Assembly: GCA_951406725.2 (NCBI GenBank)
Contig: OX597818.1
Coordinates: 14,756,001-14,820,000 of the forward strand
Reading direction: 5' to 3'
DNA: 64,000 nt
DNA from: Octopus vulgaris
Lineage: Eukaryota
In this document: piece by piece, positions 12,431 to 25,952 of the stretch
How the letters are laid out: the number at the start of each line of letters is the position of its first letter
Numbering within the stretch: the stretch's first letter is position 1
Notes under the pieces: model-generated
Database searches by the model: none
What the model saw: only the letters and a program-made list of their open reading frames with translations
What the model was told of the DNA's origin: nothing
Translations under genes and position numbers: made by a program

Positions 12431-13904
12431 ATAATAACAATAGCAATAATAATAATTAATCCATAACTGTGCGCTTACAAAGTTCAATAACGTCAACTGC
12501 AGTAAAAAAATGAAGAATCTAACGTTTCGAAACGTTGTTCTTCATCTAAAAGGGAGGAGAAGTAAGGGAGAAAATTATATTTTCACAACGCATCTGCGTT
12601 GGTCAGAATAGCTGGTGAGAGTTAAACAACGAATCTCTTTCTATAAACAGCCTATTGTCAATGATATTCCCTTGGCTTTTAGTTGTAGCAATCATAACAT
12701 TTCAATAGAAATATCCCTGTGCAGATTTTATAGAAAATATGAAAATAATAGCAATAATGGAAAGCTGTAAAATACCCTATTGATGTGGGTTATGATTCAG
12801 TCTAACTTCTCAGAAAATACAACTGTCACATGTGAACAAGCATATAGAAGCGAAAATATGAATATAATTGAGAATAAAATTTGTCCGGCCATGCAGAAGA
12901 GATGCTATTGTTCGATATTAAAATAGCTATTTAGCAGGCTGTGGCCACCACGAGGTAATAATTTCACTTTTCCGACATCACACCAAATAATTATTTATTA
13001 TCTACGAATTATGAAAAGACATGAAAGTAGGTTCAAAAATTGTTCTGCTTGGCAGCCTCTAATCAATGACCCTTATATGGGGGAAAGGATACATGAATAG
13101 AATGTCACTTGTTGGTGCAAATAAAGCCTTCCTTTTCTCATTTTCACATCCACTGCCTCACTATTTTCTTTTCTCTTTTCATCCCCTTCAAATTTTTTCT
13201 CTGCTTACCTTTCCTTTTCTCTCCCATCCGCGCTCATATTAATTAATGTAATATAAGTTAGAAAACAGCAAATCCATAGAAGACCCTAACTTAAATGCGG
13301 GATACTTATAATTCCACCTAGGTCAGTGGTTTTCAAGAACTTTTTACCTATGGACACCTTTGATTAGTATTTTATTCAGAGGCGGTGCGAGATGTTTAAG
13401 TAGTAATTATTGTAGAGAAGATATGAAATACAGATGTAAGTGAATGATTGAAAATGTATATATATATAGGAGAGAAAGGCAGCTTCCATGATCCTTTGTT
13501 TTTCATAGCCTCGGAGTCTAGTGGTAGGAATGGAATAAGTTCCCCTAAAACCGGAAACCTGACCCAAATGTATACAATAGAGTGAACTCTGCTGAAATCA
13601 CCGAAGAACCAGGTGGTGATCTTAGAGAGAGAAAGATTAAATTTATCATTTCAAAAACTCAGAACGCAAAAAGCTGAAATAAATACCTACTACAAGGCAT
13701 CCAATGCTCTAAATACCTATCATCCAATGCTCTAAAAACTTTGCCACTCTACTGCTGTGGACACATATTTTATTTTCGTCGACCCTGAAGGGATGACAGG
13801 CAAAGAGGACCTCAGAGGAATTTGAACTCAAAGCTCAGAGAAACGGAACAAAATAGCGCAAGATATTTTGTCCAACACATTCTGATATTTCACGGCCTTC
13901 TGTA

Positions 13905-14017
13905 GCAGCTGGTGTTGCCCTTGCTGTAACAGCTGCCCGCACTGCTGCCCGTACTGCTGCCCATACTGCTGCTGCTGCTGCTGCTGATGATGATGATGAC
14001 GATGATGATGATGATGA
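13905..14017. repeat. (CTG)n/(GAT)n trinucleotide repeat
   Basis: Direct reading. Confidence 0.9.
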
Positions 14018-14932
14018 AACGTGTTCCAAATGTGACCACTTCGCCTTATACGATTATGCAAGAACACATTAAATAATTTCCTTAAGGTGATGGAGAGTGA
14101 TTTGAAAGTAATTTGGCTGCTGTTTCTAACAGATCGAGTGGCCATGCAGAATCTTGCTTAGGTTGTTTTTGTTGTTTGTTAAATCTTAGAACAGCTTGCA
14201 TCGAAGAGATTTATGATCAAAAGCCGTGACCATCACGACTTGATAAAAGGATCTTGGACTATAGTATCTTAGTTATTCCTTGCTCTTGCAGACGGTACGG
14301 TATGATCTGAGGAAGATTTGGCTGCAATTTTTAGCATATTGGATGGTTACGGTATTATTGTTGTTTAGCCCAAGATCAATTCTAATTCATTAATTAGACA
14401 TGTGTTCAAAGACATTCCAACCGTGATAATTCCGTCATTTAGTCACATGGAGGTATGTCTGGGATCAAATTATTCACTGACACATTCTTACTTTAAAGAC
14501 AGTTAGATGTGTTTTGAGGAAAATTTGGTTGCTATTTCTTTGAGAGCGAGTGACTACGTTAAGGCTCCCTCATTGATTCAGTGAAGCTGCTGCTACTGCC
14601 ATTGTAGTTGTTGCTACTATTCTGATAGTTGATAAGCCACAGATCAACTTTGGTTGAACAGTTCTGCTTCCAAGATATTTCAACTATGACCATCTTATTT
14701 TAATTTTTAATCATTTTTTTTCATCTTTATTTAAATTCCTGTGCAACCAGAACTACATTGCCTAATGATGTAGCAAGAGTGTGTGCCGCCCGGGGAAGCA
14801 TTTGGGTTTGCCGGTCCTCTAAGCCTATAAATGCTTATACAGTAAACTCGAAAGTGCGTACCTCATAAGTGTCGCCCAAAGCCGATCATACCCTCACCCC
14901 CATCCCCATTCCAGCTATGTTATTGCCTAATG

Positions 14933-15548
14933 CAGTGGTTTTCAACTGGGGTCCATTTAAGATTTTGTTGTTAAAATTTATATGTAATAAATTGGTCATA
15001 TTTCTACAATGCACAAAATATTTTTTTCAATTATACAATGTAGATGCGGGCGTGGCTCTGTGGTATGAAGCTTGCTTCCCAACCACATGGTTCGGGGTTC
15101 AGTTCCACTGCGTGGCACCTTGGGTGTCTTCTGCTGTAGCCTCGGACCGAACAATCCCTTATGAGTGGATTTGGTAGACGGAAACTAAAAGAAGCTTGTC
15201 GTATATGTGTGTCTGTCTGTCTGTCTGTGTCCTTCCACCGCTGCTTGACAAATATTGTTGGTATGTTTACATCCCCGTGACTTAGCAGTTCGGCAAAAGT
15301 GCCGATAGAATAAGTACCAGGCTTTTAAAACATAAGTACTAGAGTTGATGCATTCGATTAAAAATCCTTCAAGGCGTTGCCCCAACATGGCCGCAATCTA
15401 ATGACTGAAACTTGTAAAAGATAAAAGATAAAATTCTTGATATTTGATTATAAAAAGATACTAGGATGATTTTTTGCACAATGGAATGGCTTTGGAGGTC
15501 ACCCGAGTAAAATTAGAATCTAAGGTAATAAATGGTCGAGAACAACTG
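14933..15548. mobile_element. hAT (Charlie-like) MITE with a nested SINE
   Basis: TIR CAGTGGTTTTCAAC / GTCGAGAACAACTG; exact 8-bp TSD GCCTAATG (14925-14932, 15549-15556). Confidence 0.9.
15045..15430 (+). mobile_element. tRNA-derived SINE, family A (internal TG/TA microsatellite, AAAAGAT tail)
   Basis: TGGCTCTGTGGT A-box, GGTTCAGTTCC B-box; matches the full copies at 29468 and 38098. Confidence 0.85.
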
Positions 15549-15760
15549 GCCTAATGTGTCCTTCTGTGGATCTTTTTTGTTTTCTTCAAACCACTGGTAT
15601 TTTCTCATTTTAATCCGAAAATTTTCAAATGTATTTTTAATGTAGCTTTACTTGCTGATGACAAAAGCTGCATTCATTTTCTTTTTTCCGAAAAATTAAT
15701 AATAAAGAAGTTAAAAGCTTCTAAAGATACGTGTCCACACAGTAGAAGTGGAAACTATTT

Positions 15761-15774
15761 GTTGTCATGGCAAC
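15761..15774. promoter_or_regulatory. RFX X-box motif
   Basis: GTTGTCATGGCAAC, one mismatch from the palindromic GTTGCCATGGCAAC consensus, in non-repeat DNA. Confidence 0.4.
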
Positions 15775-16531
15775 TCCAGTGTGTATCGTTGATTACCCAT
15801 ACTGCTGGCTGAAAGAATTGACAACTACTAGGTTTTGCGCGGAGGAATTAGGGATTGGCACCACAACCTGTCGGTTGTTAATTAAGGGTTTTTGACTGCT
15901 ATCGCTAGTATGTTGCGCAACTGTGTAACGTCTCTTTCGTTGACTTGTTGATGGCTGTGTTGTTAGTTGTTGCAGTTGTTCCTGTCCAAGTCATCCTAAA
16001 TTGAGCAAACCCAGGATTAAAGTTATACCAACCATAACCATCTCGTCTTTTTTGCTATGATGAAGTCTACTACAGAGTACATTATCAAAATTTGTTCTTC
16101 CTCCTCCTTTTATGACGACACAGTTTCGTGTAAGAAAAGCGTAGCTATTTCTTGCAGCTACACAACTTCGAAACGTTTCCCTCATTGTTTCGTTGCTGAT
16201 GTTGTTCTTGTCGTTCTTGTTGTCTTTTATTCTCATATCATTTAGTTAATGAAGATCTATGATCAAAAGCAATCCAGCAGTACCCATCCGTTTAACTAAT
16301 ATTTTTCCTACCTACAAAGAATACAAGATCACATTATCCAATTTGTCATTGTCTAAGAAGATGGATGTGATTTGAGGAAGATTTTACTATTATTTCTACC
16401 AGGCCAACAGGACACATAGAGCCCCACTCTGTGGATAAGGTTGGTGATGGTAGTGATAACGCTGATACGAGATCTTTTGTTGATTTCAAAAGCTTGTATT
16501 TGTTTAGAAAACATATCAAATTTCAACTGAC

Positions 16532-16576
16532 CCCAAACACCCGCAGGCCTCATTCCGCCTCTTCACACCCGGTACT
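16532..16576 (-). other. Possible 45-nt exon of an unidentified gene
   Basis: Pyrimidine-rich acceptor ...tgttttctgtattcataccag, donor gtcagt, GC-rich, one open frame VPGVKRRNEACGCL. Confidence 0.3.
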
Positions 16577-16766
16577 CTGGTATGAATACAGAAAACATAA
16601 CAAAAAAATGTAACACAATCAATTGTTAGGTGTCTGGGAAAACAAATTGATACATATATAATCAATAGAGTCCTCGTGGGACTAATTTCTCAACGTGAAA
16701 CTTCATATGTACATATGTTTGTGCGTGTGTGTGTGTGTGTGTATGTGTGAGTGTGAGTGCGTGTAC

Positions 16767-16801
<35 letters not shown>

Positions 16802-18069
16802 TGTGTGTGAGTGCGTGTGCGTGTGTGCGCGCGCGCGGATTAAATCTTATATTAGGATGCTAAAAGTGAAACTAAACTGTGAAAGATATTTGGATGTACA
16901 ATAAAAGCGAATTCGTGAACAGGATATCATTCACTGCATTAATGAATTTTTCATTTCCTTCCTGTCTTATATTGCTTTCATCACAGCCAGTCTTTTTCAC
17001 ACCGCTCACAATCTTGTTTTGGAAAATACATGTCTTCGGCAACAAAATCTCCCGCAAAGTTGGTGGATTTTTCTTTCTCTCTTTCTTTACGTTCCCTGCT
17101 ATCCATACACACGTACAATACTTAATACCACCTTAAAAAAAACAACAGAAACTCTCAAACTCTCATTCCTATATACCTTTGAAGAGCATTATTTCCAGAG
17201 CCTGCAGTCGCCTGAATGGATACTTCAAGTGTTTGTTCTTCCACCATTCTTTTTCCAACCGATAATTATATGACATTTACACGCTTCCACAATACATACA
17301 GACAATTTCAAACTCAGATCACTCACACACACACTCACACATTCTGTCTCCATTCTCTAGACACTGCTGCGCGCGCAACAACTTTGTAACAGTTAAGAGA
17401 AGGCTTGTTTTATGTTTATCAACATAATTCATTGCTACGTTAATATACATACAGTAGATGTTTATGCAATACAAGAAAAGGAATATTCAGTTGAAATAAC
17501 GTATATGATAAGTGCAGAAAGTCCTCATTAGAAATTCAATATTTGCGTTAATTCTTACACATCTATTTTTATTCTTCTTGCCGTGGTGAATCTTCTTCAA
17601 ACGTTTCAGGTTGAATATGTAGCTGTTAAAAAAATCTGTGTGGAGAGTAAACGCCACAAGAAGCCAAATTACTCTGAAGTTTTGGCACTAAATTGAACTG
17701 TATTTTTAGGTTGTATTCACGAAAGGTTCTAGTCATCCCACCAGACTATCACGTGAACAAAAGTCGTTGATTGGACAACGACTGAGTTTGCGCACCTGAT
17801 CAAATTGTGATATCTACGTGGCAAAACGTAGGATTGAATCCAAATGTTATAACTCAACGCTATTTGAATTATCAATAAACCTGATTCTACAACAGACTTC
17901 TACAACACCTATCTAACTTAAGTTATTACTTAACACGAGTGCAAAACCGATTGACGATATCGGCTGAAATAGACAATACTGTGTATAGTATAAATATTAA
18001 TACATCCACTGTATTGACAAATATATGAGTGGGTTTTTTTTTCTTACTTATGGACTCTCAGACGACGAC

Positions 18070-18350
18070 TGAACATAAGATTTGAGGAAATGTTTTGTTG
18101 CAGGCTTGCAGGTACCCAGGGAATACGATTATGGAGAAACAAGCATGGCTGCAAACGCTACATGGAAACATACGCTGATCAGGATTGGTTGAAAAGTCCT
18201 TGTTTACCTTTTTTTTTTTTTCTTGTCTGCAAGGATGGTCCTGCAAGTGTCTTCATAGGAAACTTTTGTCCAGTGGACAGGTAGACACCATGCTTCATGG
18301 TCAGCAACAAGAACAGACCACTGTTTATCGATCCTTCATAGTTCATCTGT
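18070..18350 (-). mobile_element. RTE-clade LINE 3' fragment
   Basis: DKQWSVLVADHEAWCLPVH and FPCSVCSHACFS resemble the RTE ORF C-terminus and zinc finger. Confidence 0.6.
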
Positions 18351-18469
18351 TTAGTCAAAAGAAACCACGGAGAGAAATCATAATAACAAAATACAGTACA
18401 ATCATGAAAGTCATTGAATTTTCTAAAAACTACATTTTCAATGCTACAGATATGTAACATTAATGTTTT

Positions 18470-18714
18470 TCTCTTTTACCTTTTTTTTTATCTCTTTTAC
18501 TTATTTCAGTTATTAAAATGCGGCTATGCTGGGGCACCGCCTTGAATTTTTAGTCGAATGAATAGATCCCGGTATTTATTTACTTTGTTTTACTTTGTTT
18601 TTAAGCTTGGTATTTATTCTATCGATTTCTTTTACCGGACCGCTAAGTTACGAGGACGTAAACACACCAACACCGGTTATCAAGCAATGGTGGACGACAA
18701 ACACAGACACAAAC

Positions 18715-18763
<49 letters not shown>

Positions 18764-18915
18764 CATATAACAGGCTCCTTTCAGTTTCCGTCTCACAAAT
18801 CCACTCACAAGGTCGGATCGAGGCTATGGTATATGACACTTTCCCAAGGTGTAATGCTGTGGGATTGAACCAGGAACCATGTGGTTGGGAAACAAACTTC
18901 TTACCACATAGCCAC
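18470..18915 (-). mobile_element. Family A SINE
   Basis: Match to family A copies. Confidence 0.85.
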
Positions 18916-20074
18916 GTTTATTTTATCTATTTATTTTCTTAAGTATACAATATGTTGTTGGCACGCTATGACCCAATGGTTATAGCGCCTTGGTCAAAGT
19001 CATTTTGTATAGCCTCGGATCAACCTATACTTTGTAAATGAAATTGGGTTAACTAAAACGCGTCGCGTGGATTGTATCGGTTATCCAGAATTTGGTTTTG
19101 CCCTACAATGAACACACTGATTCTGCCTGAGAATTCCGTTATCTATAATATGATTGTTAGATTTATATTTTATACGATTATATAATTTAAACTTCAAGGA
19201 CATTATGATATATGTATATTTGAAATATTACTGTTTATTTCTTTAGAAATTTCACGTCATTCGTGTTTATATCATTCTGTTATATATTATTCTGGTTACT
19301 GATCATATTTACTCAAGTTTATGACCGTAGTATGGATAATCACAAACTTTTAACTTACGTTAGGAAAACTGTAAAATCAAAACGTTCAACATATATTAAA
19401 AGAATGGCTATAAATGTCTCTCGTGGCAAACTAATAGAAATCTTATAACAGCAGGTACTTGCTGTAAACGATTTTTATTTCATGCAAAAGTTTATTTTCT
19501 ATTATCTTTTTTCTGTTGTCGTATATGTGTTAACAATTTTACATCTATACTAAAACAGCTGCCTGTTATATTGTAATAGATTCTTGTTTGTTTTGAGAAA
19601 CAGCCATTAGTCGACAAATATAAATTACACCTGAAATGTAATAAAAACTAGTTATAGGAACATGCTTACGTATGACGGACTGAATCTTGTTCGAAAAATA
19701 ATGAATTTTCGATACAAAATACAGAAATTGATATTTATTTACTATGTATTATATTACTGATATTTCTTTTCCTTACAGATAGATAATTATATTATATTTA
19801 CAAAATCTTTTTCCTAAAAAGAATGGTTCTCAACCAGAAATGAGGAAAACCCACAAGAAACACCACGTCGAGGTAATTAATAAAAATAGAATGCAGTAAG
19901 ATCTATGACGGTAGAGACCGAGAAGTGCAAAGTTCCAATGATAATCTGGGTAGAGTAATGGCAAGGTGGATAAGGAGAGGTGCCAAAGGTCTGAGAAGAT
20001 AGAAGAGACGAGGGTCCAAGAGAGGAGGAGGTTCAATCAGGCAGGATGAAACTGGGGTGACACCGTGAGCGTAT

Positions 20075-20200
20075 ATTATGGTTTAAATGTACGGAAAACG
20101 ACAGAGACAAGTGAGGGAACAACAAGTCGGTATATTAGCTTGACGCTTGGGAAAAATGGAAAAGTCTTTGACGTTTCGAGTCTACGCTCATCGATCAGGT
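20075..20200 (-). mobile_element. Penelope-like terminal fragment with a hammerhead remnant
   Basis: Minus strand CTGATCGA T GAG CGTAGA CTC GAAACGTC AAAGA. Confidence 0.5.
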
Positions 20201-20352
20201 GATTGCAACCTTCCTTTATAGCGTGATCAGGGGGTCTCACCACTGGGAGTGGCAGGGATTTATCTCCCTGCAAGTAATTTAAGCAAGAATGCATTTTGCA
20301 CCAAAAGCCAATATGAAAGTTTCTCTCATATCTACCGCAGTATAGTTGGTTC

Positions 20353-21475
20353 GGATCTTTTTGGTTATCGTCACTGAATATCAAAATCTTTAAAAAATAT
20401 TTTAATGTATCATATAGATGCAATTTTTTAGGCTAAATCTGAATTTGTTATTCATTTATTCCAGAAAAATTTTGCAAAAATGTTACAAGTGCTCAAAGTT
20501 TGATCATCTTCAGAATTTTTAGCCAATCAGAAAACAGCGCGTTCGCTGCCTCTTCCATCATCTGTCACAGTAGCGAGAAAGCGGGGAGGGGGGCACCGGC
20601 ATGTCAAAACATTAACCTAGCTGCAGTAGACAGTGAAAAACAAAAGATTCGCGAGCAAATTAAATATTTAGGAGCTACGAGCAAACTAACAGGAGTTGCT
20701 AGAAATAACAGTCAAAACATTAAAATATACACGAGCAGAGTAAACAGTGAAAACAGTGAAAAACATTAAAACATTGGCGAGTAAATGAAATATTTAATAA
20801 CTACAAGCAAACCAACTGGAGTTACTAGAGATACAAGTCAAAACATTGCTTAAAACAGACATTTATTTGCTAAAACAATTCAAGAAGGAATACAATACAC
20901 ACTAGGATTTTATAAAATAAATTATTTTTCTCATATCTCCTTCTCCACATAAATTCACGAAGATAAGAGTCAACCATGGAACGGTGTGTCCCACACCGGC
21001 GCATGTTTCTCTGCTTTAAAGATGCCCTGGTACTCTCAGTTTGATGAGTGTGAATCCCATCTTTTGAGTTTATAAATTCATTGCTATGGTTCACAGTTTA
21101 ATGTTTGAAATCATAGCCCACGATTTCTGGGATATGATTATAAGCTCGCTACATGTCACTGGAGATAGTGGTTCCATGAAGAACTAAGTGTCGTATGCAG
21201 TCCTTGTTTACACTCTCTGTGTGCATGCGCAGCATCTTTGGTTACTATGGAAACAGAGTTCTTCGTAATCAGCTGTGGAACAGGTGGTGCTTCTTTGCTT
21301 ACTATGCTAACAGAACTTCACGGTGATGAGTAAAATACTCGCTTCTGATTGGCTAAAATTCCCAAATTTTGCTAATTTTAAAGGCTAACTTTCTAATTAT
21401 GAATTTATAGGAAAAATGATTTTCATTTTCATAATTAGTATACAAAACTTAATCCATATACCAAGTTTGAAAACA
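20353..21475 (-). mobile_element. Merlin (IS1016/ISXO2-like) DNA transposon remnant
   Basis: 20870-21200 translates GTTISSDM*RAYNHI...TVNHSNEFINSKDGIHTHQTES...SYLREFMWRRR; inverted TTTTAGCCAATCAGAA / TTCTGATTGGCTAAAA; terminus GGATCTTTT shared with 23590-23842. Confidence 0.8.
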
Positions 21476-21477
21476 AC

Positions 21478-21691
21478 TTTTTTACTTGTTTCAGTCATTT
21501 GACTGTAGCCATGCTGGAGCACCACCTTTTAGTCGAGCAAATCGACCCCAGGACTTATTCTTTGTAAGCCTAGTACTTATTCTATCAGTGTCTTTTGCTG
21601 AACCGCTAAGTTACGGGGACGTAAACACACCACGATCGGTCGTCAAGCAATGGTGGGAGGACAAACACAGACACACAAACATATACACACA

Positions 21692-21745
<54 letters not shown>

Positions 21746-21925
21746 TTGAGTTTCTAAATCTCTCGTAGAGAGGTGTACGGTGGTGGAGCGATATAATGGT
21801 TGTATACTGTCAATCTAACAAGAACGTGACAGTAGGGGGTACACCACCGTTCTTGCCTCCTAGGGCTATATAACGGTGGTGTACCCCCTACTGTCACGTT
21901 CTTGTTAGATTGACAGTATACAACC

Positions 21926-21977
<52 letters not shown>

Positions 21978-22135
21978 AATATACGATGGGCTTCTTTCAG
22001 TTTCCATCTACCAAATCCACTCACAAGGCTTTAATCGACCCGAGGCTATAGTAGAAGACACTTGCCCAAGGTGCCATGCTGTGGGAATGAACCCGGAACC
22101 ATGTGGTTGGTAAGCATGCTACTTACCACACAGCC
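21478..22135 (-). mobile_element. Family A SINE with a palindromic insertion in its (TA)n tract
   Basis: SINE halves at 21478-21695 and 21975-22135. Confidence 0.85.
21791..21932. repeat. Perfect inverted repeat, 61-bp arms, 20-nt loop
   Basis: 21791-21851 is the exact reverse complement of 21872-21932. Confidence 0.95.
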
Positions 22136-22489
22136 AAAATTCTAGACAGTGCCGATAGCCACAATGATTCATTGGTTCTAATAGAAAATCCAAGTTTAAG
22201 TGGGAATAAATACTAGCTTTCAGTATTAATACAGCCTCTGTCTCTAGTATATATGTTATAAAAAAAACAGCCTTAGTTGAATAAATGGTAGTCGTTAATA
22301 TGTACGCATGTCATAGTATTGTTCGTTTTTGTCTAATGGGAGTGATGTAGAGTTCAAGACACAATTAGTGGTCAATTAAAAGAATCTATAGTTCCTACGA
22401 ACCAGTTGTAGATGTTTTATAAAATTTCTTATATATTGATATTTAGTTTTTATTAATATTTGTTTTTTATAAAAGAAATTTAAAGATGT

Positions 22490-22870
22490 GACTGTGTGGT
22501 AGGAATCATGCTTCCCAACCACATATTTCCAGGGTTCAGTCCCACTCTGAGGCACCTTCGGGAAGTGTCTACTACTATAGCATCGGGCCAACCAAAGACT
22601 TCCCTGTGAGTGGATTTGGTAGAACGAAACTGAAAAGAGCCCGTCGTATGTGTGTTTCTGTCTGTCTGTCTGTGTTTGTCTCCTACCACCGCTTGACAAC
22701 TGGTGTTGATGTGTTTATGTCCCCGTAAGCTAGCGGTTCGTCAAAGAAATCGATGGAATATGTACCATGCTTAAAATAGAAAGTACTGGGGGTCGATTCA
22801 TTCGATTAAAGATTCTTCAAGTCGGAGCCCCAGCATGGTCAGTGTCTAATGACAGAAACTAGTAAAAGGT
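22490..22870 (+). mobile_element. Family A SINE
   Basis: Match to family A copies. Confidence 0.8.
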
Positions 22871-23097
22871 ATATATTACAGTCTTTGCACAACTGTGCGG
22901 TTTTCTTTGCTTCTTAATGTGAGAAGAGCTGGGGGTTGCTTTGTCGCTTTATGCCGTATATTAAACGCGCACTATAAAATATTTTGATTTTACAGTAGAA
23001 CGGTGCAAACTGTAATAGTAGGGCAAGTTGAAGTTCACGGTCATACATACATACATACATACATACATACATACATACATACATACATACATACATA

Positions 23098-23467
23098 CCT
23101 CGTGGCACTCCGCCGGTTACGACGACGCGGGTTCCAGTTGATCCGATCAACAGAAGAGCCTGCCCGTGCAAGTGGCTGAGAACTCCACAGATACGTGTAC
23201 CCTTAACGTAGTTCTCGGGGAGATTCAGCGTAATACAGGTGTGACAAGGCTGGCCCTTTGAAATACAGGTACAACAGAAACAGGACGAAAGAGTGAGAGA
23301 AAGCTGTGGTGAAAGAGTACGGCAGGATTCGCCACCACCCCCTGCTGGAGCCTCGTGGAGCTTTAGGTGTTTTCGCTCCATAAACACTCACAGCATCCGG
23401 TTTGGAAATCGAAACCGCGATCCTACGACCGCGAGTCCGCTGCGCTAACAACCTGGCCATTGCGCCT
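23098..23467 (-). mobile_element. tRNA-derived SINE (family C-related body) between (CATA)n tracts
   Basis: Minus strand GAGGCGCAATGGCCAGGTTGTTAGCGCAGCGGACTCGCGG...GGTTTCGATTTCC; 3' half matches 4040-4210. Confidence 0.8.
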
Positions 23468-23589
23468 CAACGTACATACGTACACACACACATACATACA
23501 TACATACATACATACATACATACATACATACATACATACATACATACATACATACATACATACATACATACATGGATGGATGGACAGAT

Positions 23590-23842
23590 TAAGTACGTCA
23601 CAAAATAGCTGTTTACGTCACAGTAACATTATGCAGTTACTGAGTTCAAATGAAAACAGACAATACGATTGGTTAAAATTCGCAGATTTAAACTACGTTT
23701 AAACTTATAAAATACATTTTTGTCAAAAAAACTAGTTGAAATTATTGTTTTCTTTTGAGACACTCTACCAGTATACGAAGTTTCAAATTATTTAGTTAAC
23801 TAGAAAAATCTGACAATCAGGCCTTGAAAGTGAAAAGATCCC
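23590..23842. mobile_element. Merlin-like MITE arm
   Basis: Ends AAAAGATCC (reverse complement of GGATCTTTT at 20353); GATTGGTTAAAATT subterminal motif. Confidence 0.45.
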
Positions 23843-23843
23843 A

Positions 23844-23860
23844 GATAGATAGATAGATAA

Positions 23861-23922
<62 letters not shown>
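23844..23922. repeat. (GATA)n microsatellite
   Basis: Direct reading. Confidence 0.95.
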
Positions 23923-23923
<1 letters not shown>

Positions 23924-24549
23924 TTTTGAGTGCCTGTGTTGCTTCTGCTGTCGTTGTTATTGTTGTGCGTTAGTGCCTATGTGCATCTCAATGTAAGTGC
24001 GTACATTTGCGTTTGTATAGAGTGTTCTGTATAAGTGTGCGAGTCTTCAGTATAAATATGTGTGTGTGAGCGTGTGTTTCATGTTTCTATTCACTTCGTT
24101 ATATTTCCTCTGAAGTGGGTGCTTAACATTAAAGCATCGTGACTGGCTGGCAGCCTGCTAGCTGGCTGGTCATTTGGTGCAACTAAAGAAAATCGAACGC
24201 GCGCACGCACACAAACACACACACCCTCGCGAACAAAGCGAGGCCGTCAAATAGAAAGAAATAGAACGACACATTAGGTAAAGAAAGAAATAAAACCAAA
24301 ATATTTGCCATTTTAAGGTGGGTGTGCCTTCTTTAAAGATTAAAGATTTAAAGACCCCTCTCGCCCAAACGGTTATATTATAAGCGAATTAACACAAACT
24401 GGTCGTGGTGGCGACATCGTTCAGAAAGATATTATATAGCACAAACATAATCGATAGCGTCTTATATGTAACAATAAATAACATGTTTGTCATTGTGAAT
24501 GAAACGTATCCAAATTAAATGATTGGAATATATATAAACACACATGTAG

Positions 24550-25480
24550 TTGCAGGCGCGGCTGTGTGCTAAGAAGTTTCCTTTTCAACCACATGCTTAC
24601 GATTTAAGTCGTACTGCGTGGCACCTTCAGTTGTGTTCTACTATAGCCCCGGGCCTACCAAAGTCTTATGAGTGGATTTGGTAGGCGGAAACTAAAAGAG
24701 GCCTGTCAAATATAAATATATGTTCTTTTACTCTTTTACTTGTTTCAGTTATTTGACTGTGGCCAAGCTGGAGCACCGCCTTTAGTCGAGCAAATCGACC
24801 CCCAGGACTTATTCTCTGTAAGCCTAGTACTTATTCTACAAACACAGTCACAGAAACATATACACTCACGTTGTTTAAGAAAAGTGTCCAGTTCCTTGGT
24901 TTTGTATTTATGCTTTCGTTTCTCATTGTGTTCGACGTTTTTTTGGTGTCCTGTACCCATATATGCATGTATATATACATGTAGAAGTAGGTACGTACAT
25001 ATATGTATGTATATATGCATATATTTTATTTATTAATTTATTATATATATATACATATATACTACGGGCTTCTTTCAGTTTCCATCTACCAAATCCACTC
25101 ACAAGGCTTTGGTCGGCCCGAGGCTATAGTAGAAGACATTTGCCCAAGGTGCCACGCAGTGGGACTGGACTCGAAACCATGTGGTTGGTAAGCAAGCTAC
25201 TTACCACACAGCCACTCCTACGCCTATATACATACATATATATACACGCACACACACACACAAACGCATGCATGTATGTATATGTGTGTGTGTGTGTGTG
25301 CGTCTTTGTCCCCCACCACCGTTTGACAAGCGGTGTTGGCGTATTTATATACATATAACTTAGCGGTTCGTAAGAGACCCATGCAATATGTACAGTGGTC
25401 AATACGTTTTAGTAAAACTCTTCAAGGCAGTGCCCCAACATGGCCGTAGTCTAATGAGTGAAACAAGTAAAAGATAAAAC
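24550..25480. mobile_element. Nested family A SINEs in opposite orientations, plus a TA-targeted fragment (24850-25010)
   Basis: Plus-strand head 24550-24710 and tail 25270-25480 enclose minus-strand SINE pieces; GTCCTGTACCCATATATG tail shared with the 2870 element. Confidence 0.7.
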
Positions 25481-25509
25481 CTGAAAAAGATACGCCTAAT
25501 TAAGGTACG

Positions 25510-25569
<60 letters not shown>

Positions 25570-25625
25570 TTACTTGGAGAAATAAGAAAGTGACGCGAGG
25601 TGTTCAATCATATAATAACAATTTC

Positions 25626-25746
25626 ACAATTAAAACATATGCATACATACATACATATATGTACATACCAACATCTATATGTATATATACATGCATATAT
25701 ATATATATATATGCGTGTATATATACATATAGATGTAGCTATGTAC

Positions 25747-25779
<33 letters not shown>

Positions 25780-25818
25780 TGTATGTATGTATGTATGTAT
25801 GCATATGTTTTAATTGTT
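25626..25818. repeat. Imperfect palindrome centred on (TA)n
   Basis: ACAATTAAAACATATGCATAC...TACATGC pairs with GCGTGTA...GCATATGTTTTAATTGT; about 3 mismatches and a (CATA)n length difference. Confidence 0.85.
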
Positions 25819-25827
25819 AAATTGTTA

Positions 25828-25868
<41 letters not shown>

Positions 25869-25952
25869 TATCGTCAATGTATCCGAAAAATAAGCACATT
25901 CTAAAGCATAGAGCAGAAACGTATTTATAGGTAGTTAGGTTTATGTCCGGTC

